This document shows positions 37,220 to 48,191 of a DNA stretch of 64,000 bases, piece by piece. The notes beneath the pieces were generated by a model. It was not told where the DNA came from, searched no databases, and saw only the letters and a program-made list of their open reading frames with translations. Source of the stretch: Flavobacteriales bacterium (GTDB taxonomy: Bacteria > Bacteroidota > Bacteroidia > Flavobacteriales_F > PHOS-HE28); NCBI GenBank assembly GCA_016787995.1, contig JAEUTB010000188.1, positions 9,920 to 73,919 on the forward strand. The letters are read 5' to 3'. Both the position numbers and the translations under genes were made by a program. Positions within the stretch are counted from its first letter, which is position 1. The number at the start of each line of letters is the position of its first letter.

Positions 37220-38550
37220 GATCAATAGCGATCACCATCAGCCTGGCCATGGCCACCACCCTGGCCGCCCAAGGTCCTGTGAGCCTTAGCCTGCAACAGG
37301 CCCTGGACCTGGCCGCCAAGCAGAGTTATGCCGTGCAGGCCAGCGAGCTTGAGGCGGAGAAGTCGCGCGCCAAAGTGAAGGAGATCACGGCCATCGGTCT
37401 GCCGCAGATCAATGGCGAGGTGCAGCTCCAGAACTTCATCGATGTGCCCACGCAGCTGATCCCGAATTTCTTCTCGCCACCCGGCACCGGAGGTCCGGAG
37501 TTCATCGCCGCGCAGTTCGGTCTGCCTTGGAACGCCAGCGCGGGCGCCACCTTGTCGCAGCTCATTTTCGATGGTAGCTACATCATCGGCCTAAAGGCGA
37601 CCAAGGCTGTAGCCGAGCAGAGCCAGCAGGAATTGGAGAAGGCCGCTGCCGACGCCCGTAACCAAGCCGCGAAAGCCTACTTCGGTGTGCTCAGTGCGGA
37701 AGAAGGTGCACGGTTGGCCGGAGAGGGTATTCCCTTGCTGGAGAAAAGCCTGATGGAGGTCGGTGCCATGCGCGATGCGGGTTTCATGGAATCCATCGAT
37801 GTGGATCGTATCACCATCCAACTGGAACAGGCCAAGACCTTACAGCGCAGCTTCCAGCAACAGGCCGCCGTGGCGCGCATGATGCTCGCACTCGCCTTGG
37901 GCATTCCGCAAGGAACTCCCATCACGTTGACCGATGACCTGAACAAGATCCTGAGCGATCCGAATGAGACGGCGTTGAGCGAGATGGCATTGGAACCCGC
38001 CAGCCACATCGAGCAACAGGTCGCCGAGAACATCGTGTTGCTCTCCGACCTTCAGCGAAAGAACGAGCGCAGCAAGGCGCTGCCATCACTGGGCGGCTTC
38101 GTATCGCACCAGCAGGTGTGGAACGGGCCGGACTTCGATCCCGGAGGCACCTATCCGTTCTACCCCACCACGTTGTGGGGCCTCAAGCTCACGGTGCCCA
38201 TCTTCAGCAGCACCAGCCGTATCCAGAAGGTGAAGCAGGCCAGCCTGGCCCTGAAGCAGGCCGAGGTGAACCGCACCGCCACCACCGAACGCTTGAAGGT
38301 GTTCGCGGAACAGAGCCGCACACAGGCGCGCACGGCGTATGACAACTTCAAGACCGAAGAACGGAGCATGGCGTTGGCCAAGAGCATCTTCGATCGTACG
38401 AGCATCAAGTTCACGGAAGGTGCCGCAGCCAGTTTCGAGCTCACCCAAGAGCAAGGGAACTACCTCATGGCCCAACAGACGTACATCCAACGCGTGATCG
38501 AATTGCTGATGGCGCGTGCCGACCTGCGCAAAGCGCTCGACCTCTACTGA
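37216..38550 (+). CDS. TolC-family outer-membrane efflux protein
   Basis: Signal peptide MRSIAITISLAMATTLAAQG. SLQQALDLA lead-in. Two-fold helical-repeat pattern typical of OEP/TolC. Confidence 0.85.
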   Translation: MRSIAITISLAMATTLAAQGPVSLSLQQALDLAAKQSYAVQASELEAEKSRAKVKEITAIGLPQINGEVQLQNFIDVPTQLIPNFFSPPGTGGPEFIAAQFGLPWNASAGATLSQLIFDGSYIIGLKATKAVAEQSQQELEKAAADARNQAAKAYFGVLSAEEGARLAGEGIPLLEKSLMEVGAMRDAGFMESIDVDRITIQLEQAKTLQRSFQQQAAVARMMLALALGIPQGTPITLTDDLNKILSDPNETALSEMALEPASHIEQQVAENIVLLSDLQRKNERSKALPSLGGFVSHQQVWNGPDFDPGGTYPFYPTTLWGLKLTVPIFSSTSRIQKVKQASLALKQAEVNRTATTERLKVFAEQSRTQARTAYDNFKTEERSMALAKSIFDRTSIKFTEGAAASFELTQEQGNYLMAQQTYIQRVIELLMARADLRKALDLY

Positions 38551-38572
38551 ACCACCCTCTGCATAACCGAAG

Positions 38573-39727
38573 ATGAAGAACATCCTTCTACCCCTTACAA
38601 TAGCCGCACTGCTCGTCGCTTGCGGAGCAGCCGCGCCGGAAGGCGAGATCGGCCAGAAGAAAGCCGAGTTGGAAACGCTGAAAGCGAACTACAAGGAGCT
38701 GGCTTTGCAGATCAAGGACCTTGAGACCTGGATCGCCGCGAATGACAGTAATGCCGTGCGCAACTTGCCCGTGGTCACCGCTCAGCCCTTGGCCATCGGT
38801 CCGTTCACGCACTACGTGGATGTACATGGCACGGTGCGCGCGGATCAGGCGGCTGCCTTGTACTCGGGAGGTGGTCGAGTGCGCCGCATCCTGGTGAGCC
38901 CAGGTGATCGTGTGCGTACCGGGCAGCTGATCATCAGCATAGACAACGACCTGGCCGCGGAGCAGATCCAACAAGCAGAAGCTGCCTACGAGCTGGCGCG
39001 TACCGCCTTCGAGAAACAGCAGCGCCTGTGGGACCAGAGGATCGGCAGCGAAATGCAGTTCCTCCAAGCCAAGAGCCAGAAGGAACAGGCCGAAGCCGGT
39101 CTGGCGGCCGTACGTGAACAACAGCGGCTCACGAATATCACCGCCCCCTTCGATGGTACGGTGGACGATATCATGGTCCGCGTCGGCGACATGACCAGCC
39201 CGATGCAGCCTGCTGCGCGCGTGGTCAATCTCAGCGGTGTTCAGTTGGAAGCCGATGTGCCCGAAGGCTATCTGCGCACCGTGCGTTCCGGCGCTCCGGT
39301 CAAGGTGTACTTCCCATCGGTGGGGGATACCCTCAGCGCGCAGTTGGACCATGTAGGCCAGTTCATCGACCCCAGCAACCGCACCTTCAAGGTCACCGTA
39401 CGGGTGCCCAAGGGCGAGGAGATGATGCGTCCGAACCTGCTCAGCGACATCAGCATCCAGGACTATCACACCGATAGTGCGCTGGTGTTGCCAAGCCGGG
39501 CCGTGCTGCAGGATGTGAATGGCAACAATTACATCTACGTGCTGGACCGCGGTACGGGCGACGAAGCCAAGGCCCGCAAGGTGTTGGTGAACCGTGTAAG
39601 CGAATACAAAGGCCGCCTGAGCGTAACGCCGGCGGAACCCGGTGGACTGAAAGGTGGCGAGATGATCGTGGATGAAGGCGCCAAGAACGTGAGCGACGGT
39701 CTGGCCGTACGTATCGCGAACAATTGA
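38573..39727 (+). CDS. RND efflux periplasmic adaptor (membrane fusion protein)
   Basis: Lipoprotein signal (LTIAALLVAC), coiled-coil hairpin, and barrel-sandwich/beta-barrel pattern (ITAPFDGTVDDIMVRVGDM) of the HlyD_D23 family. Confidence 0.85.
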   Translation: MKNILLPLTIAALLVACGAAAPEGEIGQKKAELETLKANYKELALQIKDLETWIAANDSNAVRNLPVVTAQPLAIGPFTHYVDVHGTVRADQAAALYSGGGRVRRILVSPGDRVRTGQLIISIDNDLAAEQIQQAEAAYELARTAFEKQQRLWDQRIGSEMQFLQAKSQKEQAEAGLAAVREQQRLTNITAPFDGTVDDIMVRVGDMTSPMQPAARVVNLSGVQLEADVPEGYLRTVRSGAPVKVYFPSVGDTLSAQLDHVGQFIDPSNRTFKVTVRVPKGEEMMRPNLLSDISIQDYHTDSALVLPSRAVLQDVNGNNYIYVLDRGTGDEAKARKVLVNRVSEYKGRLSVTPAEPGGLKGGEMIVDEGAKNVSDGLAVRIANN

Positions 39728-39734
39728 TCAGAAC

Positions 39735-42700
39735 ATGAGCACCAACGATATCGAGAAGGACCTGCACGGGCCGGAACGTCAGTTCGCCATCACCACTTGG
39801 GCGGTGAACAACCGCACTACGGTGATCGTGCTCACGATCTTGATCTGCATCCTCGGCATTCGAGCCTACTTCGTGATGCCCAAGGTGAGCTTCCCGGATG
39901 TGGTCACCCCCGAGGTTTTCATCGCCACACCGTACAACAGTAGTTCGGTGGTGGACATCGAGAAGCTCATCACCAAGCCCATCGAGAAGGAGCTCAACAC
40001 CATCACCGGTGTCGATGAGATCAAGAGCACCAGCGTGCCCAACTTCAGCTCCATCCACATCAAGTTCGATTACAGCGTAACCCCCACCGAAGCATTGCGC
40101 AAGGTGAAGGATGCGGTGGACAAGGCACGCGGTGATGCCAATTTCCCGACCGATCTGCCCGCCGAGCCGAACGTGTTCGAGATGAACTTCTCCGAACTGA
40201 TGCCGGTGATGAACATCAACCTGAGCGGCGACTACCCGATGGAACAGCTCCACGAGTACGCCAAGCACTTGGAGGACCGCATCGAAGACCTGTCGGAGAT
40301 CAACAAGGTGGAGATCCGTGGTGTGCCCGAGCGGGAGGTGAAGGTGAGCGTGGACCTGGCCTCCATCGAGGCGCTTCAACTGAACTTCGACGACATCGCC
40401 AATGCGTTGCGAAGTGAGAACCTGACGATGAGCGGCGGCGACATCCTCACCAAGGACCAACGCCGGAGCGTGCGCGTGATCGGGGAGTTCGTGGACATGG
40501 AGCAGATCCGGAACATCGTGGTGAAGAACGAAGGCCAGCGCGAAGTGCGTCTCCGCGATGTGGCGGATGTGACCTTCGGCTTCAAGGAGCCCGAGAGCTT
40601 TGCCCGGGAATATGGCAAGAGCGTGGTGATGTTGGATGTGATCAAGCGTGCCGGCGAGAACCTGCTCGACGCCAGTGACAAGATCAACGCCATCATCAAG
40701 GAGGATCATGGCACGGTGCTACCCAAGGACCTGAACATCTCCCTCACCAGCGACCAGAGCGATCAAACGCGTGTGAGCGTGGATGAGCTGATGAACCACA
40801 TCGTGCTTGGTGTGATCCTCGTCGTGGGGGTATTGATGCTCTTCCTGGGCTTGCGCAACGCGCTCTTCGTCGGTCTCGCGATCCCCATGTCCATGTTCAT
40901 CTCCTTCACGCTGCTCAACGCGTTCGGGGTCACCTTGAACATGATGGTGCTCTTCGCGCTTATCCTCGCCTTGGGCCGCTTGGTGGATGATGGTATCGTG
41001 ATCGTGGAGAACATCCACCGTCACATGACCAACGGCGAACCGGCCCTCAAGGCTACCCGATTAGCCGTGGGCGAGGTGACCATGCCGATCATCGCCGCCA
41101 CTACGGCCACGGTAATGGTCTTCGTGCCCTTGTTGTTCTGGCCGGGTATGATGGGTGAGTTCATGAAATACCTGCCGATCACGTTCATGATCGCCCTGGC
41201 CAGCTCGCTCTTCGTAGCCCTCGTGGTGAACCCTGCGTTGGCTTCCAAGTTCATGAAAGTGGAGGAGGAGCACATGCCTACGAAGAAGATGTGGCGCCTG
41301 GCCATCATCCTGACCATCGTGGGCGCTGTTGTGGGGGCACTGGGAGCAGGGGCGCAGAGCAAAGGCCTATTCGGTCTCGGCATGCTCACGATCTTCTTCG
41401 GTGTCATGGGTGTGGCCAACGAGAAGCTTTTCGTCCCCGCCGCCAACTGGTTCCAATACAAGTGGCTGCCTCGACTGGAGGCTCGCTACGAACGGTTGCT
41501 GCGTTATGCGCTCGTGAAACATCACCCGCGCACCTTCCTCTTCGGGACCTTCGGCCTGCTGATCCTGGTGATCGTGGCGCTGATGTTGTTCCCGGTGCCG
41601 AGCGTGTTCTTCCCCACCAACCAGCCCCAGTTCATCAACGTGTTCATCGAGGCACCCATCGGCACGGACATCCTGAAGACCGACAGTGTGACACGCCTTG
41701 TGGAAGCACAAGTGATGAAAGTGGTGAACACCCCCGAATACCTGGAGGTGCGCGAGGTGAAGAACGACCAAGGAGAAGTGGTGGGTACCGATACGGTGAA
41801 CTTCCTGGTGAACTCGGTCATCGCCCAAGTGGGTGAAGGCACCAGCGACCCAGGGAGTCAGGAAGTGGAACTGAGCGCAACGCCCCACAAGGCGCGGATA
41901 CAGATCAACTTCGTGAAGTTCGCCGACCGCCATGGGATCAACACGAACGATGTGCTCGCGCGTCTGCAGCAGAACGTGGTCGGCTATCCCGGCGTGGTCA
42001 CTACCATCGCCAAGAACGCCGATGGTCCGCCGGTGGGCAAACCCATCAACGTGGAGATCCGCGGCAAAGAGATCGAAGGGCTGTTGGATGAAGCGGAGCG
42101 CGTGAAGAAGTTCATCGAAGACCGCAACGTTCCCGGTGTTGAGGCATTGCGTATCGACATCGACCGTGCCAAACCCGAGATGCCCATCGTGATCGACCGG
42201 GAGAAGGCGCGTCGGTTGAACGTGAGCACCTACCAGGTGGCCGATGCCATCCGCACGGCGCTCTTCGGCAAGGAGGTGAGCACGTTCCGGATCGAAGGTG
42301 ACGACGATGACTACGAGATCAACGTACGCCTGAAGGATGAATATCGCTACGACACACAGCGGATCATGGACATGCGCATCACCTTCCGCGACATGCTCAC
42401 CGGTCAGATCCGTCAGGTGCCCATCAGCGCCGTGGCGAAGGAGGAGTACCGCACCACCTTCAGCGCGATCAAGCGCAAGGATCTGGACCGGGTCGTGCAG
42501 GTGAGCAGCAACGTGATCGCCGGCTACAACAACAACGAAGTCGTGCAGCAGATCAAGGACGAAATGGCCAGCGGCTTCGAAGCCGATGACCGTTACGCCA
42601 TGCGCTTCACCGGTGAACAGGAGGACCAGGCGAAGGACCAAGGCTTCCTGGGAATGGCTTTCCTGGTGGCCATCTTCGTGGTGTTCCTCATCATCGTGGC

Positions 42701-43319
42701 ACAGTTCAACAGCATCAGCTATCCGGTGATCGTGATGAGCACCGTGGTGTTCAGCACCATCGGCGTGCTGCTCGGACTGGTGGTCTTCCGCATGGAGTTC
42801 GTGGGTCTCATGACCACTTTGGGCATCATCTCCCTCATCGGCGTGGTGGTGAACAATGCGATCGTCCTCATGGACTTCGCACGGCTCCTGTTCCAGCGGG
42901 CACAACGCAAGTTGGGGCTGGATGAGAACACGATCATCCCCATCGAGGAGAGCCGGGAAGCGTTGATCATCGCGGGTCACACGCGACTACGTCCGGTACT
43001 GCTCACCGCGGTAACGGCCGTGCTGGGTTTGTTACCCCTGGCCATCGGGCTCAACTTCAACTTCTTCACGCTCTTCAGTGAACTGGACCCGCATATCCAC
43101 ATGGGTGGCGACAACGTGGTGTTCTGGGGCCCGCTCTCCTGGGCGGTGATCTTCGGCCTCATCTTCGCCACCTTCCTCACCTTGATCATGGTGCCGGTGA
43201 TGTTGCTGATCGTGATGAAGATCAAACACCGCAGGCAGTGGAAGCGCCAGTTGCGCGCCCAGGCCGCAACGGCTACGCCAGGTATTACACCCAACACGTT
43301 ACGTCCGGGTACCATCTGA
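39735..43319 (+). CDS. RND-family efflux permease (AcrB/CzcA-like)
   Basis: 12-TM two-fold architecture with two large periplasmic loops. Conserved stretches FAITTWAVNNRTTVIVLTILI, GRLVDDGIVIVENI, VVVNNAIVLMDF. Confidence 0.95.
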   Translation: MSTNDIEKDLHGPERQFAITTWAVNNRTTVIVLTILICILGIRAYFVMPKVSFPDVVTPEVFIATPYNSSSVVDIEKLITKPIEKELNTITGVDEIKSTSVPNFSSIHIKFDYSVTPTEALRKVKDAVDKARGDANFPTDLPAEPNVFEMNFSELMPVMNINLSGDYPMEQLHEYAKHLEDRIEDLSEINKVEIRGVPEREVKVSVDLASIEALQLNFDDIANALRSENLTMSGGDILTKDQRRSVRVIGEFVDMEQIRNIVVKNEGQREVRLRDVADVTFGFKEPESFAREYGKSVVMLDVIKRAGENLLDASDKINAIIKEDHGTVLPKDLNISLTSDQSDQTRVSVDELMNHIVLGVILVVGVLMLFLGLRNALFVGLAIPMSMFISFTLLNAFGVTLNMMVLFALILALGRLVDDGIVIVENIHRHMTNGEPALKATRLAVGEVTMPIIAATTATVMVFVPLLFWPGMMGEFMKYLPITFMIALASSLFVALVVNPALASKFMKVEEEHMPTKKMWRLAIILTIVGAVVGALGAGAQSKGLFGLGMLTIFFGVMGVANEKLFVPAANWFQYKWLPRLEARYERLLRYALVKHHPRTFLFGTFGLLILVIVALMLFPVPSVFFPTNQPQFINVFIEAPIGTDILKTDSVTRLVEAQVMKVVNTPEYLEVREVKNDQGEVVGTDTVNFLVNSVIAQVGEGTSDPGSQEVELSATPHKARIQINFVKFADRHGINTNDVLARLQQNVVGYPGVVTTIAKNADGPPVGKPINVEIRGKEIEGLLDEAERVKKFIEDRNVPGVEALRIDIDRAKPEMPIVIDREKARRLNVSTYQVADAIRTALFGKEVSTFRIEGDDDDYEINVRLKDEYRYDTQRIMDMRITFRDMLTGQIRQVPISAVAKEEYRTTFSAIKRKDLDRVVQVSSNVIAGYNNNEVVQQIKDEMASGFEADDRYAMRFTGEQEDQAKDQGFLGMAFLVAIFVVFLIIVAQFNSISYPVIVMSTVVFSTIGVLLGLVVFRMEFVGLMTTLGIISLIGVVVNNAIVLMDFARLLFQRAQRKLGLDENTIIPIEESREALIIAGHTRLRPVLLTAVTAVLGLLPLAIGLNFNFFTLFSELDPHIHMGGDNVVFWGPLSWAVIFGLIFATFLTLIMVPVMLLIVMKIKHRRQWKRQLRAQAATATPGITPNTLRPGTI

Positions 43320-43335
43320 CCCCAGCGACCTTGAA

Positions 43336-43374
43336 GCAAGAAGCGCGGCCAACAAGGCCGCGCTTCTTGCTTTT
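43336..43374 (+). terminator. rho-independent terminator after the RND operon
   Basis: Perfect 15-bp stem gcaagaagcgcggcc / ggccgcgcttcttgc, 5-nt loop, followed by tttt. Begins 17 nt after the RND stop. Confidence 0.7.
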
Positions 43375-43404
43375 GGGCTATCCTGTGCTGCGGGCTCCCG
43401 CGCC

Positions 43405-43719
43405 TCACACTTTCGCCGTCTGCTCCAGCAATTGCCGCTGCGCCTCAGGGTCCATGTTCACCACGGGAAGGGCATGCATGCGCACCAGATCGCTGCCGAG
43501 CAGGTCCATGGCCGTGCGTTCGAGATCGCGGTAGAGCAGGGCTTTGCTCATGCCTTGGAGCAGGAGCTGACTGCTTCGATGCAAGCGGCCGTCCACCCGG
43601 GTGAGCTCTTCGTGGTCGGTGTCCAGCGTGGGGAACAGCAGGAGATGTTTCTCCATGAGCACGGCAGCGAGCTTTTCAGCGGCGGCGACCGTGCGGGTCT
43701 GGAAGGTCACGTGGATCAT
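43405..43719 (-). CDS. small hypothetical protein (104 aa), last gene of the ABC/HlyD/TolC operon
   Basis: ORF starting 9 nt after the TolC stop on the same strand. No signal peptide. Only a vague CutA-like alpha/beta pattern, so it is left unassigned. Confidence 0.5.
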   Translation of the reverse strand: MIHVTFQTRTVAAAEKLAAVLMEKHLLLFPTLDTDHEELTRVDGRLHRSSQLLLQGMSKALLYRDLERTAMDLLGSDLVRMHALPVVNMDPEAQRQLLEQTAKV

Positions 43720-43728
43720 GGGGATGGG

Positions 43729-45156
43729 TTAAGGACGCCAGGCCTGCCACAGGATACCGGCTTCGTGGTCCAGGCTGAAATACGATTTGCGAAGGCGTGC
43801 TTCAAGATCGACCTGTCTAATGCGCGCATCGATCAGCGGCACCTCGCGGGCGTTCACCAGGAACAAGGAGCTCTCACCGGCGTTGAAGCGTTGATTCTCC
43901 CCAGCGAGCAGGCGTTCGTTGTTCACCACCATGTTCGCTCCCAGCTGCACCTGGTCGCCGAACACGGCGATGTCGTTCACGCGCTCGCGGATGCGGTTGC
44001 GGATGCGCAAGCGATCGCGTTCCAGGCCGAGGTCGGCATCGGTCAGGCGCAACCGGGCGATGGTGAGTTCGCCCCGCTCGCGGCGAAGGAACAACGGCAC
44101 TTGGAAGCCCACGCCGAACTGGTGGCCTTGTTGCAGCAGGCCCACGCCGGGTTCGTTGTTGAGCGCGCCGCCGTCGCCGAGCCACTGGTACTTCAGGTCC
44201 AACTCGGGTTTCAGCATCTCGCTGCGTAGGCGGCGGTCCACCTCCAGCTGTTCGATGCGCGCGGTGGCTTGCGCGAGCAACGGGTGTTGCACCAAGGCGC
44301 TATCGATGGTGGCCTCGTTCAGTGCGGGCGCAGGAGGGGAGAAGAGATCGCTTCCATCGGGCAGTGTCCCGGGGGCGAGCTCGAGCGGGCGTTGAGCCGC
44401 ATCCCACAAATGGTTGCTCAGGCGCAGGCCCGCGTTGCGGAAGTTGAGCGCGGCCTGCTGTTGGCGCATTTGTCGATCCTGCAGTTGGATGTACGCTTCG
44501 AGCGTGTCGATCGCGGGTCGGTCGCCGCCGCGCCAGCTGCCGCGTACGGCCTCCAAACGGATGCTGGCCAAGGCCACTGCGGTATCGCTCACCTGCAATG
44601 CCCGGTACGCGGCCACCCAGTCGGTATGGTCGTTCAGCGCTTGCAGGAGCAGGTCGTTCAACAGTTGCACCTGCTCGGCTTCGGTGGCGCGCTGGTAGGC
44701 CTGCGCACGGCGCAGCGCGGCTCTTCGCTGATCGATGAAGAGCCCTTGTCCCAGGCTGATGCTGCCACCGACCTTCAGCAAGCCATCATCGGGAGTGCTG
44801 GCTTGTGGATCCAGGAATTGCCCGGCGTTCTCCTGGAAGGCTGCGAACAATTCCACGCCGTACCACGTGGGCACCTTCAGGCCCGCATCGAAGAGCTGGA
44901 AGTAGTTCTTCTCATCGAAGGTCTTCTCGTCGTAGTTCGCTGTGGCTTTTGGATCGAAGCCGCCGCGCGCACTGCGCACGCTGGCCGCCCCGAGTTCGGG
45001 TCGCAAGGCGGCCTGGCGAGCCATGGGGTGGTTCTCCAGCACGATGCGCACGAAGGCCTCGCGGGTGAGCACGGGGGGCACCTGCGCCTGCGTGGAGGCC
45101 CCGAGCATCACCGCGACCAACACGGACCACCAACGAGAGGGAAGCCTGCCCATCAT
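43729..45156 (-). CDS. TolC-family outer-membrane protein
   Basis: Signal peptide (WWSVLVAVMLGASTQAQ) and an OEP repeat pattern. Overlaps the HlyD stop by 4 nt. Confidence 0.85.
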   Translation of the reverse strand: MMGRLPSRWWSVLVAVMLGASTQAQVPPVLTREAFVRIVLENHPMARQAALRPELGAASVRSARGGFDPKATANYDEKTFDEKNYFQLFDAGLKVPTWYGVELFAAFQENAGQFLDPQASTPDDGLLKVGGSISLGQGLFIDQRRAALRRAQAYQRATEAEQVQLLNDLLLQALNDHTDWVAAYRALQVSDTAVALASIRLEAVRGSWRGGDRPAIDTLEAYIQLQDRQMRQQQAALNFRNAGLRLSNHLWDAAQRPLELAPGTLPDGSDLFSPPAPALNEATIDSALVQHPLLAQATARIEQLEVDRRLRSEMLKPELDLKYQWLGDGGALNNEPGVGLLQQGHQFGVGFQVPLFLRRERGELTIARLRLTDADLGLERDRLRIRNRIRERVNDIAVFGDQVQLGANMVVNNERLLAGENQRFNAGESSLFLVNAREVPLIDARIRQVDLEARLRKSYFSLDHEAGILWQAWRP

Positions 45157-46520
45157 TCCTTCTTATTCGCCTTGTCCTCTGCTTTCGTTTCCTCGGCAGC
45201 CGCAGCGTAGAGGTCGGGCGGGAAGCCGTTGACCTGTCGCCACAGTTCGTACCAGATGGGTACATCGCTCATCAGGGCGAAGCCGACCGCACCACCACCC
45301 ACGCGCAGGGCCGTAGGCCACTCTTGATCGGCCTTGTCGGGGCCCACCAGGATGCGGTACTTGCCATTGGGGCTGATGAAGTTGTCGATGGCCACCACGG
45401 TGCCCCCGAAGGTGCCGTAGCTGCTGTTGGGCCATCCGCTGAACACGATGCTGGGCCACCCGTCGAAGATGAAACGCACCTTCTGGCCTGCGGTGATCAG
45501 GGGCATGTCCATCGGGCGTACGTAGAGTTCCACGGCCAGGTCGAAACGTGCGGGCATCACGCTCACCAACGGGTCGCCTTCCTTCACCGTTTCGCCCACC
45601 CCGGTGACGATGGCCTTGGTGATGTAGCCGCGCTGCGGAGCGGTGACGTAGTAGTTGCCTGCACGCACCGTGTAGTTGGCCAGGTCCACCTGCATCTTGC
45701 TCACCTCGCCTTCGGTGGTGTACATCTGGCTCATGCTCGCGAACTTCTCGCTCTCCGCCTTGCTTAGCTTATCGCGGTAGTCGTTGCGTATGCCGTTCAC
45801 TTCAAGCTGCGCGTTGAGCAGTTCGTTGCGCGCGTCGAGCAATTTGTTGCGCGCATCGATGAGCGTTGCGTTCGCTCGCTGTTGCGCAACCTGGCGGCGT
45901 TCGAGTTCCACCTTGCTGATGAGACCTTCCTTGAACTGTTGTTCGCCGCGGAGGTACTGGTCATCGGCCACCTTGATCTCCGTTTCGGCGGCCACCACGC
46001 GGATGCTGTCGCTTTGCAATTTGAAGCGCGCCTGCTGGATCTTGTTCTGTGCCTGTTCCAGTTTGATGCGCAAGCCCGCCGTCAACGCATCGATCTGTGC
46101 ATCCAGCGCATGCACCTTCTCCTCGTAGCTCTTGGTGGTCAGCTCCTTCGCAGTGATCTGTTGTTGCGTGCGTTCCAGGAGCTGTGGATCGAAGTACTCG
46201 GGTTTCACCTCGCTCAACCGCAGGATGGTATCGCCCTTCTCCACCAGCTGTCCTTCGCGCACGAACCACTCTTCCAATCTTCCCGGAATGATGCTGTGGA
46301 TGGTCTGTGGACGTTGATCGGGGGTGAGGCTGGTGACGGTGCCTCGCGCGCGGATGTTCTGGGTCCAGGGAAGGAACATGCCTGCCAGCACGACCAGGCA
46401 GATCGCGATGAGCCAGCGGGAGAAGAGGTCGGTGGCACGCGCCCGGCCTATGGTGCGGAAACACGTGAACGTGCTCCTATTGAGCACGGGCACCGGGTTC
46501 TGTGGGCTGAGATCGAGCAT
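45153..46520 (-). CDS. HlyD-family secretion/membrane-fusion protein
   Basis: N-terminal TM helix (WLIAICLVVLAGMFLPW), long coiled coil, and a C-terminal beta domain (VTAPQRGYITKAIVTGVGETVKEGDPLVSVMP). Confidence 0.85.
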   Translation of the reverse strand: MLDLSPQNPVPVLNRSTFTCFRTIGRARATDLFSRWLIAICLVVLAGMFLPWTQNIRARGTVTSLTPDQRPQTIHSIIPGRLEEWFVREGQLVEKGDTILRLSEVKPEYFDPQLLERTQQQITAKELTTKSYEEKVHALDAQIDALTAGLRIKLEQAQNKIQQARFKLQSDSIRVVAAETEIKVADDQYLRGEQQFKEGLISKVELERRQVAQQRANATLIDARNKLLDARNELLNAQLEVNGIRNDYRDKLSKAESEKFASMSQMYTTEGEVSKMQVDLANYTVRAGNYYVTAPQRGYITKAIVTGVGETVKEGDPLVSVMPARFDLAVELYVRPMDMPLITAGQKVRFIFDGWPSIVFSGWPNSSYGTFGGTVVAIDNFISPNGKYRILVGPDKADQEWPTALRVGGGAVGFALMSDVPIWYELWRQVNGFPPDLYAAAAEETKAEDKANKKE

Positions 46521-46529
46521 GGTCTATGA

Positions 46530-48191
46530 CTACGCGGTCCGTCCGTTGCGCAAGTGAATGGTGCGTGAGCAACGCTGCTGCACCCAGGGGTCGTTGCTCA
46601 CGATCAGCAGTGTCCAGGGTCGCTCGGGCGCGGTGATCCAGCCGAGCAGTTGTTCGCGGTCGTGTACCTCCCAATCCTGCAGGCTGTCCTCCAGCAGGAT
46701 CATGCGTGGGCTGCCAGCGATGGTGCGGGCTTGCACGATGCGTTTCACCAGGCTGCGGGGAAGACGGGCACCCTGTGGGTCGAGTTTCGTGAGAAGGCCA
46801 TCGGGGAGCAGGGCCAGTCGTTCCATGAGCCCTGTGACACGGCAGGCTTCGATGATCTGTTCTTCGGTGATCCAGGAACGACCCACGGCGATGTTGTCCA
46901 TCACCGTGCCGGTGAAGACATCCTCATCGCTCAGGCTATCACCGATCAACGAGCGCACATGCTCAAGGTCGAGGCTGTTCACTGGATGACCGTCCAACTG
47001 CAAGCTGCCTTCCGTAGGGGCTATGCCGCCACCCAGGATGCGCAGCAAGGTGGTCTTGCCCGATCCGTTGGTGCCGCTCAGGCACACCTTCTCGCCCGGG
47101 GCCAGGTGCAGGTTGATGCCGGCGAGCACCGACCGTTCGTTCCACTTGGAGGTGAAGCCCAGGTCGATCGCATGCACCTCAAGGCCCTTGTTCGGATCCT
47201 GGGAGAGCGGGGTAAGGCCGCCGGTCCGTTCCAGTTCGATGTCCGTGACCTGTCCGATCTTCTCCAGCGCGGTCAGCACATCGTATACCGTGGCGATGTT
47301 GAGGATGATCTTCTCCACGGCGTTGATCATCAACAGGATCACGATCTCGGCGGCCACGAACTGACCCAGGTTCATCTGTTCGTTGATCACGAGCAGACCG
47401 CCCAGTGCGAGCAGCCCAAGGGTCACCACCACCTTGAACACCACCATGGCCGAATACTGGCCCAGCAGGATGCGGAAGTGCTTGCGGCGCGCGCCCACGT
47501 AGTGCTCCACGAGCTTGTCGGTGCGGTCGATGGGCAGGTCGGTGGTGCCCACCATCTTGAAGGTGTCCTGACTGCGCCCCAGCTCCTCCAGCCAGAAGGC
47601 CACCTTGTACTTGTAGGAGCTCTCCTCCAGGCTGGTGGCCAATCCACGCTTTCCGGTGAATCGGAAGATGAGCGCGAGTAGCAATAGGAGCAAAAGGCCG
47701 AACACGATGAAGAAGGGGTGGTAGATGGCGAGCAGGATGATGCAGAGGATGATCTGTAACACGGCGAGCGGAAGATCGAGGAGCAACTTGGCCAGCCCCT
47801 TCTGCACACTGATGGTATCGAAGAAGCGGTTCACCAGCTCGGGCAGGTAGCGCCCCCCGGCGGCCTCGAAGTGGATGCGCGGCAGGCGGTAGGCGAATTC
47901 CAGGGCGCTACGGGCGAACAGCCGCTGTTGGATGTTCTCCGCCAAGGCCAGCTGCATCACCTGCAGGGCCCCGGTGAATCCCACGCCGATGGTGACGAAG
48001 GCGATGAGCACACCCCAGCTGGTGGCCACCTGGCCGCCGCTGATCAGGTTGATGATGGCCTGCACGCCCAGGGGCAGGCTAAGGCTGATGGCCCCGCCCA
48101 CCAAGGCGTAGAGGTAGATGTGGCCGATCTCGCGCTTGTCCACCTTCAACAGGCGGCCCAGGCGTTGCCAGGGGGTGATGGGGTCCATCAT
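46530..48191 (-). CDS. ABC transporter, fused permease/ATPase (exporter type, no peptidase domain)
   Basis: Six-helix TMD followed by an NBD with Walker A LSGTNGSGKTTLLRIL and Walker B RMILLED. The signature motif is degenerate. Confidence 0.9.
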   Translation of the reverse strand: MMDPITPWQRLGRLLKVDKREIGHIYLYALVGGAISLSLPLGVQAIINLISGGQVATSWGVLIAFVTIGVGFTGALQVMQLALAENIQQRLFARSALEFAYRLPRIHFEAAGGRYLPELVNRFFDTISVQKGLAKLLLDLPLAVLQIILCIILLAIYHPFFIVFGLLLLLLLALIFRFTGKRGLATSLEESSYKYKVAFWLEELGRSQDTFKMVGTTDLPIDRTDKLVEHYVGARRKHFRILLGQYSAMVVFKVVVTLGLLALGGLLVINEQMNLGQFVAAEIVILLMINAVEKIILNIATVYDVLTALEKIGQVTDIELERTGGLTPLSQDPNKGLEVHAIDLGFTSKWNERSVLAGINLHLAPGEKVCLSGTNGSGKTTLLRILGGGIAPTEGSLQLDGHPVNSLDLEHVRSLIGDSLSDEDVFTGTVMDNIAVGRSWITEEQIIEACRVTGLMERLALLPDGLLTKLDPQGARLPRSLVKRIVQARTIAGSPRMILLEDSLQDWEVHDREQLLGWITAPERPWTLLIVSNDPWVQQRCSRTIHLRNGRTA